From: Thermacetogenium sp. UBA4966
GTDB lineage: Bacteria > Bacillota > DSM-12270 > Thermacetogeniales > Thermacetogeniaceae
Direction of reading: 5' to 3'
DNA length: 64,000 bases
NCBI GenBank assembly: GCA_002397275.1
Contig: DHAA01000113.1
Coordinates: 4,694 to 68,693 of the forward strand
Shown here: piece by piece, positions 26,738 through 35,050 of the stretch
Position numbering within the stretch: position 1 is the first letter of the stretch
How the letters are laid out: the number at the start of each line of letters is the position of its first letter
Notes under the pieces: generated by a model
The model's database searches: none
What the model was told of the DNA's origin: nothing
Seen by the model: only the letters and a program-made list of their open reading frames with translations
Made by a program: the position numbers and the translations under genes

Positions 26738-27982
26738 ATGTATATAGAAAAGGTTCTGGCAGCGCCGGGTTTGACCGGTTTTTATTTCGACGATCAGCTG
26801 GCGATCAAGAAAGGGGCCGGAGAAAATGGCGCGGCCTACAGCGGCCGGCCGTTGACCCCCGGTTTTATAGAGGTGCGTCAGCGCGGGGAATCATTGTGTA
26901 TTATGTTTTTGCTTTCCGACGGACAGGTGGCTTATGGAGACTGCGCCGCTGTTCAGTACTCCGGAGCGGATGGCCGGGATCCCCTTTTCCTGGCGGCGGA
27001 TTTTATACCGCTGGTCGAGGGTTATCTGGCGGAGAGGCTGGAGGGGATGCAGATTTCTACATTTCGGGCGCCCGCGGAGGAGTTTGACGCTCTCCCGGGA
27101 CCCGATGGCCAAAGGATGCATACCGCTTTGCGCTATGGGCTGACCCAGGCTCTGCTCCATGCCGTCGCGATCAAAGAGAAGAAGCTGATGTGCGAGGTTC
27201 TGGCAGAGGAGTACAATACCGGATTAATTGCCGAGCCGGTCCCAATTTTTGCTCAGACCGGTGATGATCGTTACAGCAACGCCGACAAAGCAATTATCAA
27301 ACGGGCCGATGTGCTGCCGCACGGCCTGATCAATAATGTAGAGCTCAAGCTGGGAGGCAGCGGAGAGAAGCTGTACGACTATGTGTCCTGGCTGAGGAAG
27401 AGGGTGGCGGAACTGGGGGGCGAGGATTACCGTCCGGTTCTGCACATCGATGTTTACGGGACTCTAGGCCTGGCCTTTGAGAACAACCTGGAGGGGATAG
27501 CTGATTATTTGGCTCGCCTGGAGACCGCGGCCTCCCCCTTGCGGCTGCGCGTCGAGGGGCCGGTAGATATGGGGTCGAAGGAGCAGCAAATAGAAGCCCT
27601 GAGCAGGCTGAAGATACTCCTGGTAACAAAAGGGACAAAGGTGGAGATCGTGGCTGACGAGTGGTGCAACACGCTGGAGGATGTGCGGGATTTTGTGGAT
27701 GCCGGCGCAGGCCATATGGTGCAGATCAAGACCCCTGATTTGGGAGGAATCAACAACACCATAGACGCTATTCTCTATGCCAGGGCTCATGGAGCAGGCG
27801 CCTATCAGGGAGGGACCTGCAATGAAACAGACCGCTCGGCCCGTGTCTGTGTGCATTTAGCCCTGGCTGCCCGCCCTGATCAGATGCTGGCTAAACCGGG
27901 GATGGGTGTGGACGAGGGAATGATGATTGTGATGAATGAAATGCAGCGTGCCCTGCGCATCTTGAAGTATAGATCGGGGTAG
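26738..27982 (+). CDS. mal: Methylaspartate ammonia-lyase
   Basis: Colinear with clostridial beta-methylaspartase (PGLTGFYFDDQ.AIKKGAG, CAAVQYSGA.GRDPLF, HMVQIKTPDLGG, GGTCNET.RSA). ATG 26738 is preferred; the ORF is open from 26726. Confidence 0.92.
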   Translation: MYIEKVLAAPGLTGFYFDDQLAIKKGAGENGAAYSGRPLTPGFIEVRQRGESLCIMFLLSDGQVAYGDCAAVQYSGADGRDPLFLAADFIPLVEGYLAERLEGMQISTFRAPAEEFDALPGPDGQRMHTALRYGLTQALLHAVAIKEKKLMCEVLAEEYNTGLIAEPVPIFAQTGDDRYSNADKAIIKRADVLPHGLINNVELKLGGSGEKLYDYVSWLRKRVAELGGEDYRPVLHIDVYGTLGLAFENNLEGIADYLARLETAASPLRLRVEGPVDMGSKEQQIEALSRLKILLVTKGTKVEIVADEWCNTLEDVRDFVDAGAGHMVQIKTPDLGGINNTIDAILYARAHGAGAYQGGTCNETDRSARVCVHLALAARPDQMLAKPGMGVDEGMMIVMNEMQRALRILKYRSG

Positions 27983-28046
27983 ATCAGAGCAGTTCGGAGC
28001 AGATCAGAGCAGACAGATCAGATCTGAGCAGGGTGGCGCCCTCCTG

Positions 28047-28141
28047 AGCTGCCGGTTAATTTGGATGTCGGATGCCTGAAGTCGGAGGTCAGAGATTTGG
28101 AATCCGCCGACACGGGAGACATCCGATGAAAATAGCAGAAC
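28047..28141. repeat. Modular intergenic repeat, copy B (partial)
   Basis: Shares GCCGGTTAATTTGGATGTCGGA with copy D, GAAGTCGGAGGTCAGA with copy E, and GGAATCCGCCGACA..GAGACATCCGATGAAAATAGCAGAAC with the reverse complement of copies F and G. Confidence 0.8.
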
Positions 28142-28206
28142 AAACCGCTCTTGCTCATGTGTTGCTTAATTGTGTTATTTAATTTAGAAAGGGCCTGGTG
28201 ATATGC

Positions 28207-29562
28207 ATGGAACAGTTGACTCTGCTTTCTCCGACAGCCATTCTGGGGTACGGGTTCCCTGATCGATCCTTTGAGCGCGGCCTTTCTTTCGGACCGGATG
28301 TGATAGCTGTCGATGCCGGCTCAACAGACCCGGGTCCATATTACCTGGGTTCGGGTAAATCTTTTGTGCCGCGGGTAGCTGTCAAAAGAGACCTGACCTA
28401 TTTGCTGAGGGCTGCCAGGACGCTGCGCGTACCCCTGGTGATCGGTTCGGCCGGAGGGTCCGGAGCAAAGCCGCACCTGGAATGGTGCTGCGGCTTGGTC
28501 AGGGATGTAGCGAAAGAGGATGGAATATCCTTTCGCATGGCTGTTATCCCTGCGGATGTGCCGCCTTCATATCTGAAAGAAGCCTTATGGGATCAGCGCC
28601 TCAACCCCCTGGGGCCGGCGCCGGAACTGAGCGAAGCGGATATCTCCGACAGCACATATTTGGTGGCGCAGATGGGAATCGAGCCTTTCGTCAAAGCGCT
28701 GGACGGAGGAGCGGATGTTATCATCGCCGGGCGCTCTTATGACCCCGCTGTTTTCGCGGCGTTCCCTGTGTGGAAAGGCTTTGATGAAGGGCTTGCCCTG
28801 CACCTGGGAAAGATCCTGGAGTGTGCCGCAATCGCGGCGCTGCCGGGAAGCGGAAGCGACTGCATGGTTGGTTTCCTGGAGAATGAACGCTTTATGGTAG
28901 AGCCCGCCAATAGAGAGCGGCGGGCTACCGTGGCTTCGGTAGCGGCGCATACCCTCTATGAAAAGAGCAACCCCTACCTGCTCCCGGGACCGGGAGGGGA
29001 GCTGGATCTGTACAGGACGGAGTTTGAACAGATCGCAGAGCGCAGGGTGGCTGTCAGGGGAAGTTCCTTCCGCCCGCAGCCATATACGGTCAAGGTCGAG
29101 GGAGCGAAGAGGATCGGCTGCCGTGTGGTCACCATCGCCGGGGCGAGGGATCCGCGCTTTATCGAGAATCTGGATGAGATAGTCGCCGGTGTTGAGAAAC
29201 GTACCGAGGGCAACTTTAAATGGGAGAAGGGCAAGTTCAAACTGATGTTTCATATTTATGGCAGGGACGGTGTTATGGGGGAGCAGGAACCGCATCCCGG
29301 CATGGGACATGAGATTGGAATAGTGATCGAAGCGCTGGCTGAAACAGCAGAACTGGCGGAGGCTGTTTTAGGGTTTGCACGCTCGACCATGCTTCATTAC
29401 GGATTTCCGGGAAGGATTGCTACGGCAGGGAATCTCGCTTTTCCCTATTCACCTTCCGACTTCAAGGTGGGGGAAGCATACGCTTTCTCGGTTCACCACC
29501 TTTTATCGCTGGAAAACCCGGAGGAATTCTTTCCGGTGCACTTTGAGGAGGTGTGCTCATGA
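28207..29562 (+). CDS. DUF1446 (AtuA-like) family protein, function unknown
   Basis: N-terminal ILGYGFP....F.RG....PD.IAVDAGSTDPGPYYLG pattern characteristic of AtuA/DUF1446. The start is 28198 or 28207. Confidence 0.65.
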   Translation: MEQLTLLSPTAILGYGFPDRSFERGLSFGPDVIAVDAGSTDPGPYYLGSGKSFVPRVAVKRDLTYLLRAARTLRVPLVIGSAGGSGAKPHLEWCCGLVRDVAKEDGISFRMAVIPADVPPSYLKEALWDQRLNPLGPAPELSEADISDSTYLVAQMGIEPFVKALDGGADVIIAGRSYDPAVFAAFPVWKGFDEGLALHLGKILECAAIAALPGSGSDCMVGFLENERFMVEPANRERRATVASVAAHTLYEKSNPYLLPGPGGELDLYRTEFEQIAERRVAVRGSSFRPQPYTVKVEGAKRIGCRVVTIAGARDPRFIENLDEIVAGVEKRTEGNFKWEKGKFKLMFHIYGRDGVMGEQEPHPGMGHEIGIVIEALAETAELAEAVLGFARSTMLHYGFPGRIATAGNLAFPYSPSDFKVGEAYAFSVHHLLSLENPEEFFPVHFEEVCS

Positions 29563-29897
29563 AACCCTTGTTGGAACTGGCTTCAGTGATCAGAACCAAG
29601 AATGCGGGCCCCTATGAGCTGACGATCGACGTTATCTTCAATGACCGCCGGACCTATGAGCAGGCCAAGAGAGAAAACAGTTTAAATGCCTCTCTGATCG
29701 CCGGGCTATATGGGATAGCGGAAACCGATGTTCTGACAGCTATTTATTTTGATCCCGCCTGTGCCTTTAAAGCGACGATGAAGAGAAAAATACCCTGTGG
29801 TGATTTCGGTGAAAAGGACATCTATGGGGCCCAGCAGCATGCTCCTTTGCTGGACCTTGTAGTACAGTGGGGAGATAAGGATGCCGATCAGTCATGA
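29559..29897 (+). CDS. DUF4387-like small protein (usual partner of DUF1446)
   Basis: About 112 aa with an IRTKNAGPYELTIDVIF block. ATG 29559 overlaps the upstream stop (ATGA), and GAGGAGG lies 7 nt upstream. Confidence 0.6.
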   Translation: MKPLLELASVIRTKNAGPYELTIDVIFNDRRTYEQAKRENSLNASLIAGLYGIAETDVLTAIYFDPACAFKATMKRKIPCGDFGEKDIYGAQQHAPLLDLVVQWGDKDADQS

Positions 29898-30789
29898 GTT
29901 TTTGATGCATGCCGTTTATTTCGCTCCTCGAGGGAGGAGAAGGATCCATGCGCTGGGGGAGGAGATCGCTCAGCGCTATCTGTCAGCGGAGGATCTGCTC
30001 ATCGGGGTGATTGGAGATGCGGGAGCGGGGAAATCTCTTCTCATTCAGGGGATGTTTCCTGGTCTGGAACTCTCCAATGATGACCGGGGGATCAATGTGC
30101 GTCCGCTTCCTTTGCTCAGCCATGCTGAAAACGATAATTTTGAACATCATACTTACCACGTGGACATGCTCTTTGAGCTCGCTTTTTCACAGCCGGCACA
30201 GCTTGCCGATGCTGTGCGCAAGGCGCTGAAGGAAAATTGCCGCGTTGTTGTGGAGCACTACGAGCTCCTTTACCCTCAGCTGGAGAGAAACGCCCACGTG
30301 CTGGTGGGCGTGGGGGAAGAGGTGATCATCGCCAGACCCGGCATCTTCGGCCCTCTCCCTGATGAGATCAAGACTATTGTCTACAAGTCTCTCTATTATC
30401 GTAAGATGGCGCATTCGTCGGAAGACATCACCCAGCAGGTGCTGGAAAGAATGGGGGTTACCAGAGCGTCGGACCACGATGATGTGCGCCGCGGTTTCAT
30501 GCTCTGCTACCCGCAGCGGCCCCAGGCGGATCTCCGCCTTGTGGAAGAGCTTGTCAAGGAGATAATCGCCAAGGATTTAACCATTATTCCAGAAGGAAAC
30601 AGGAGAATCAAATTCGGCGATATGAAAATGAGATGTACAGGCCCGCGCATCCATGTGCGCAGCACAGGAGAGATCAAAAATTTCCGCTTGTTAAAAAACT
30701 ATGTTTATGACCCGCAGCGCGAAGGATATGGTATTGTGGGACTGGTGGGAGAGGAACCGGCAAGCTTCTTCGCCGTAGATGAAGATTAG
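29881..30789 (+). CDS. Hypothetical protein with Walker-A-like P-loop
   Basis: GVIGDAGAGKS motif near the N-terminus. It overlaps the preceding gene by 17 nt. No family was recognised with confidence. Confidence 0.5.
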   Translation: MPISHEFLMHAVYFAPRGRRRIHALGEEIAQRYLSAEDLLIGVIGDAGAGKSLLIQGMFPGLELSNDDRGINVRPLPLLSHAENDNFEHHTYHVDMLFELAFSQPAQLADAVRKALKENCRVVVEHYELLYPQLERNAHVLVGVGEEVIIARPGIFGPLPDEIKTIVYKSLYYRKMAHSSEDITQQVLERMGVTRASDHDDVRRGFMLCYPQRPQADLRLVEELVKEIIAKDLTIIPEGNRRIKFGDMKMRCTGPRIHVRSTGEIKNFRLLKNYVYDPQREGYGIVGLVGEEPASFFAVDED

Positions 30790-30900
30790 TTTAGTGGTTG
30801 GTCGTTGGTGGTTAGTAGTTGGTAGAGCCATCCCGGTGATTTTGTAGGCCGGAGGCCGGATGTCTGAGGTCGGAAATTGGTGGCCGGGTGGATTCCAGTG
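30790..30900. repeat. Modular intergenic repeat, copy C (partial)
   Basis: TTTAGTGGTTGGTCGTTGGTGGTTAG starts directly after the stop codon. It is followed by a GGCCGGAGGCCGGATGTCTGAGGTCGGA module and only the left arm CCGGGTGGATTCCAGTG. Confidence 0.8.
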
Positions 30901-30978
30901 GCTCCTGGATGACGACCCGGACAGCCGTCTTGGACTGGATGTGAGCTAAAGCACTTTTCGTTTGGGGGGTGGAAAGCA

Positions 30979-33249
30979 TTGAGTAAAGAATTCAGGTATG
31001 TCGGCGGTACTTTTCCCTGTGATCAAGCGCTGCGGAAGGTTACGGGGGACCTGCTCTACGGCTGTGATATGAAGCCCGCGGAGATGCTCTATGCCAAGCT
31101 GCTGTTAAGCCCTATTCCGCATGGTATTGTTAAAAGGATCGACACGGCCGGAGCGGAAAAAGTTCCCGGGGTCGTTAAAATTTTTTCGCACTTCAATGCT
31201 CCGCATAAGATGTTCAACAGCTGCAGAATTATTCCCGGACAAAAGTTTTGTATCGAAGATGAGCCTCTCTTTGCCGCCAGGGTGAAATTCGCCGGGGAGA
31301 GGGTGGCCGCGGTTGTCGCCGACAGTCTTGCCGCGGCCAGGGAAGCTGTTTCTTTGCTTGATGTGGAGTACGAGGAACTCCCGGCTCTGCTGACGACTGA
31401 AGAAGCCTTGAACAACAAGGCGGTGAAGATTCAGCCCGGGGGCAACCTGGCCGATCAGTATGAAATAGAGGTAGGGGATTCTGCTCCCGCTGCCGATTGC
31501 CTTGTGGTGGAAAGCGTGACCCAGACGCAGAGAACCCATCACGCCGCCATCGAGCCGCATGTTTGCCTGGCTCACTACGACGGCTCGGGGAAACTGACGG
31601 TTTGGACCCCTACCCAGGGTGTTTTTGGGGTGAGGAGTGTGCTGGCGGAATTTTTCAATTTAAGCTACAGCAAGATCAGGGTTATTAAAATTCCCATCGG
31701 CGGTTCATTCGGAGGCAAGCAGGAGTATCTCTTTGAGCCGGTAACCAGTTTTATGGCTATGGAAACACGGCGGCCGGTGAAGCTGATGCTGGATCGGGAA
31801 GAGTGCATCATTCAGACGAGAGTAAGGCCGGCGGTAAGGGTTAAGATCAAGACCGCAGTGAGCAGAAGCGGCGAACTGCAGGAATTTATTGCCGATACTA
31901 CCCTTGACGCGGGCGCCTTTACCGGCAGTGCGGTGGACTATTCCCGTACTTTGGCTACCAAGGCGCCGAAACTGTACAGGATTCCGCACTATAAGCATAC
32001 CGGCAGGGCCGTCTATACCAATACTGTCAAATCAGGGGGGGCCAGAGGATGGGGCGCCCCGGAGATCATTACCGCCGTTGAGGTGCACATGGACCAGGTC
32101 GCCAAACGGCTGCAGATGGATCCGCTGGAATTCCGTCTGCATAATCTGGTTTATCCGTATGATAGGGACCCGGTGCTCAACCTTTCCCTGGGAGATGCCC
32201 GGGTGAGGGAGTGTCTGGAAAAGGGCGCCGAGGCTTTTCACTGGAAGGAAAGGTTTCATCGCCATGCCCAAGAGGGGGGGCGTTATCGCCGAGGGGTCGG
32301 CCTGGCCTGCGGCGCCCACAAAAACGGGATGTACGGCGGTTTTGTGGACTGCACCAGCATGACCCTGAGGATGAATGAAGACGGCAGTTTAAATCTGAAC
32401 GCCTCCCTGCATGATGTGGGCTGCGGCACGGCGACCGCCATGAAGATCATCGTCGCGGAAGTCTTGGATCTAGAACCTGACCTGATTACTGTAACAGAGG
32501 CGGATACCGAGCTTACCGGATACGATCCCGGGTGCTATGGCAGCAGGGTGATCTACAATGTCGGCGCCTGTGCCAAAGAGACCGCGGAGAAGCTGAAAGA
32601 CAAAATCATGGAGAGCGCCGCTTTTATTCTGCAAAAACCGAAAGAATACCTGTGCATGGCGGAGGGACATGTCTTTACTATGGAGGGAACCGATGAGCGG
32701 CGAGTTCTTTCCTATAAGGAGATAGCGGAAAGGGCTATCCGGGAGAACTACACGGATTTGGGCGTTGCCCACACCTATTACTCGCCCTCCAATCCGGGGT
32801 CATATTCTGTTCAGTTTGCCGAAGCGACGGTGGACACGATGACCGGATTGACCAGGGTTACTGATTTCCTGGCTGTCGGCGATGTAGGACGCGCCCTGAA
32901 CAGGGGAATGATCGAGGGACAGTTTCAAGGGGCCGTACAGATGGGAATAGGGTATGCCCTTTGCGAAGAGGTGAAGATCAACGACCGGGGGAAGCCGGTT
33001 AACAATGGTTTTAAGAAATATCACCTGGTCAACGCCCCGGATATGCCTGACGTGAAGGTGCTCTTGATTGAGCATGAGGGTGACGACGGCCCCTTCGGGG
33101 CAAAAAGCGTCGGAGAAATTTCAGCCGTTCCTACTGCAGGAGCGGTTATTAACGCCGTCAATCATGCTTTAGGGACTTCTCTGTCCGATATGCCGCTTAC
33201 CCCCGAGAAGGTCCTGGCAGCTATCAAACAAACTGAGGATCAAGGGTGA
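30979..33249 (+). CDS. Xanthine dehydrogenase/aldehyde oxidase-family molybdopterin-binding large subunit
   Basis: 756 aa with an a/b-hammerhead N-terminal region, the IGGSFGGKQE motif and the C-terminal FGAKSVGE block. TTG start with a GGGGGTGG RBS. Confidence 0.88.
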   Translation: MSKEFRYVGGTFPCDQALRKVTGDLLYGCDMKPAEMLYAKLLLSPIPHGIVKRIDTAGAEKVPGVVKIFSHFNAPHKMFNSCRIIPGQKFCIEDEPLFAARVKFAGERVAAVVADSLAAAREAVSLLDVEYEELPALLTTEEALNNKAVKIQPGGNLADQYEIEVGDSAPAADCLVVESVTQTQRTHHAAIEPHVCLAHYDGSGKLTVWTPTQGVFGVRSVLAEFFNLSYSKIRVIKIPIGGSFGGKQEYLFEPVTSFMAMETRRPVKLMLDREECIIQTRVRPAVRVKIKTAVSRSGELQEFIADTTLDAGAFTGSAVDYSRTLATKAPKLYRIPHYKHTGRAVYTNTVKSGGARGWGAPEIITAVEVHMDQVAKRLQMDPLEFRLHNLVYPYDRDPVLNLSLGDARVRECLEKGAEAFHWKERFHRHAQEGGRYRRGVGLACGAHKNGMYGGFVDCTSMTLRMNEDGSLNLNASLHDVGCGTATAMKIIVAEVLDLEPDLITVTEADTELTGYDPGCYGSRVIYNVGACAKETAEKLKDKIMESAAFILQKPKEYLCMAEGHVFTMEGTDERRVLSYKEIAERAIRENYTDLGVAHTYYSPSNPGSYSVQFAEATVDTMTGLTRVTDFLAVGDVGRALNRGMIEGQFQGAVQMGIGYALCEEVKINDRGKPVNNGFKKYHLVNAPDMPDVKVLLIEHEGDDGPFGAKSVGEISAVPTAGAVINAVNHALGTSLSDMPLTPEKVLAAIKQTEDQG

Positions 33250-33728
33250 GAGCGATGCTGATAGAATTTAAAGTGAACGGTAAGAACTACGGCCGGGAGG
33301 TCCGCCCTACGATGAGGCTGCTTGACCTGCTGCGGGATGAACTGGGACTGACCGGAACCAAGGAAGGTTGCGCCGAAGGGGAATGCGGGGCCTGCACGGT
33401 GATTATGGACGGAGAGGCCGTTAATTCCTGCCTGGTGCTGGCGCCGCAGATCAGGGGGAGAGAGATCATAACTGTGGAAGGGCTGGAGCAAGGCGGGGAA
33501 CTGGATCTGCTGCAGCAAAAATTCCTGGAACATTCAGCGGTAGAGTGCGGTTTCTGCACACCGGGCATGCTCATGTCGGCTAAGGCCCTGTTGATGAAAA
33601 ATCCGCATCCCAGCGAAGAGGAGATACGTTTGGCTATCGCCGGGAACCTGTGCCGCTGCGCCGGATATTCTAAAATCGTCGCTGCGATAAAAGATGCTTC
33701 TCACTCCGCGGACGGAGGCTGCCGCTAA
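33246..33728 (+). CDS. [2Fe-2S]-binding small subunit of the XDH-family enzyme
   Basis: CAEGECGACTV and CGFCTPG ... CRCAGY cluster motifs. It overlaps the large-subunit stop. Confidence 0.9.
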   Translation: MRAMLIEFKVNGKNYGREVRPTMRLLDLLRDELGLTGTKEGCAEGECGACTVIMDGEAVNSCLVLAPQIRGREIITVEGLEQGGELDLLQQKFLEHSAVECGFCTPGMLMSAKALLMKNPHPSEEEIRLAIAGNLCRCAGYSKIVAAIKDASHSADGGCR

Positions 33729-33760
33729 CTTTCTTGCTCTGCGTCAAGAGCCGGGGCAAT

Positions 33761-33895
33761 CCCTCTGGATTCCAGTGAAGCGACCATTATGGAGTTCCGG
33801 GTAACGGCATCAGGCGAAGCGAAGTTGCCGGTTAATTTGGATGTCGGAAACTTCTCACTTCTAGTCATAATAGGGAGCAAGCGGAATCCAGAGGG
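33761..33895 (+). repeat. Modular intergenic repeat, copy D (complete 135-bp core with perfect 13-bp terminal inverted repeats)
   Basis: CCCTCTGGATTCC ... GGAATCCAGAGGG. It lies between the 2Fe-2S and FAD subunit genes of the XDH-family enzyme. Confidence 0.88.
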
Positions 33896-33975
33896 CCTGA
33901 GTAGTTACAAATTTTCATCCATCTGATGGTGAAGCGAGCTTCATGAGCGTCTACTTGAGAAAGGAGGCCGACCGC

Positions 33976-34866
33976 ATGAGAGAAGCTGCAATGCTCACTC
34001 CCAACAATTTATCAGAACTGAGAGAGGCTTTGGGTCAGGCAACCCCCCCAAGCAAAATATTGGCCGGCGGCACCGACCTGGTGTTGGCCATCCATCAAGG
34101 CAGGTGCAAACCGGATCTGCTCATTGATCTTTCAGGGGTCGAGGAGCTGAAGATTATTAAATTAACAGAGGGCAGGATTCATATCGGCGCCATGGCTACT
34201 TTTACGCAGCTTATGGACAATCAGCTTATAAAAGGCAGTCTTCCCTGTCTGAGAGAGGCGGCCTCGCTCATTGGGTCGAATCAGATTCGCAGCGCCGGCA
34301 CCATTGGGGGGAATATCGGCAACGCCTCCCCGGCCGGAGATACCATCCCCGTTTTGTTGGCTTTTGATGCCGTTGTCAGGGTTTTAGACAGCTCCGGGCA
34401 AGCGGTGGAACAAAGCATCGATCAGGTCATTAGCGGGGCAGGGAGGACAAGCCTGCGCAGAGACCAAGTGATCACAGAGATCATCATCCCGCTCCTTGGC
34501 GAACATTATAGGAGCACTTTTGTGAAGATCGGTTCCAGAACCGCGGTGACCATAGCTAAGCTGAATATGGCCCTGGCGGTCAAGTACGACGAGACGGCGA
34601 AAAGCATATCCGATGTGCGGGTAGGGCTGGGAGCTATTGGAACCAAAGCATTCCGGGAGCGGCAGGTGGAGGAAATCTTAAACGGCAGGCGGGTTGATCA
34701 GTGTCTGGCCGATACCCTGGCCGAAGAGTTATCTGCGGCTGTGCAAAGGGCTATCCCCGGCCGCTACTCGCTTCCCTATAAGAGAGAGGCGGTCAAGGGG
34801 CTGGCCCAAAGCGCCTTTGCCAACTTATTCCCAAAGCTGTATGGCGGCGTTTCGTTTACCACATAG
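33976..34866 (+). CDS. FAD-binding (CoxM/XdhB-like) medium subunit of the XDH-family enzyme
   Basis: GGTDL and GTIGGNIGNASPAGD motifs. ATG 33976 is preferred (GGAGG 8 nt upstream); the ORF is open from 33943. Confidence 0.85.
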   Translation: MREAAMLTPNNLSELREALGQATPPSKILAGGTDLVLAIHQGRCKPDLLIDLSGVEELKIIKLTEGRIHIGAMATFTQLMDNQLIKGSLPCLREAASLIGSNQIRSAGTIGGNIGNASPAGDTIPVLLAFDAVVRVLDSSGQAVEQSIDQVISGAGRTSLRRDQVITEIIIPLLGEHYRSTFVKIGSRTAVTIAKLNMALAVKYDETAKSISDVRVGLGAIGTKAFRERQVEEILNGRRVDQCLADTLAEELSAAVQRAIPGRYSLPYKREAVKGLAQSAFANLFPKLYGGVSFTT

Positions 34867-34955
34867 TTGGTGGTTGGGAAAATAGAAGTCGGAGGCCAGA
34901 GGTCGGAGGTCAGAAATTTGAAGCCGGTCGGTTTGGGATGCCGGATGCCGGAATA
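34867..34955. repeat. Modular intergenic repeat, copy E (GT-rich plus GAAGTCGGAGG modules only)
   Basis: TTGGTGGTTGGGAAAATAGAAGTCGGAGGCCAGAGGTCGGAGGTCAGAAATTTGAAGCCGG, nearly the same as the left flank of copy A. Confidence 0.8.
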
Positions 34956-35050
34956 GGATTCTTAAACCGTAGCCGCTGAAGTCACTTCTCTGAATCAAGC
35001 CGGCATTTGGATATGGCTGAGTAACAACATCTGTAAAAGTGGTGTAATCT

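Noticed and set aside
26626-27087. 153-aa Arg/Gly/Trp-rich plus-strand ORF
   Set aside because: It is an out-of-frame overlap with the 3' end of glmE and the 5' end of mal, and both of those genes are strongly supported.
28585-29310. 241-aa minus-strand ORF
   Set aside because: It is a shadow ORF inside the DUF1446 gene.
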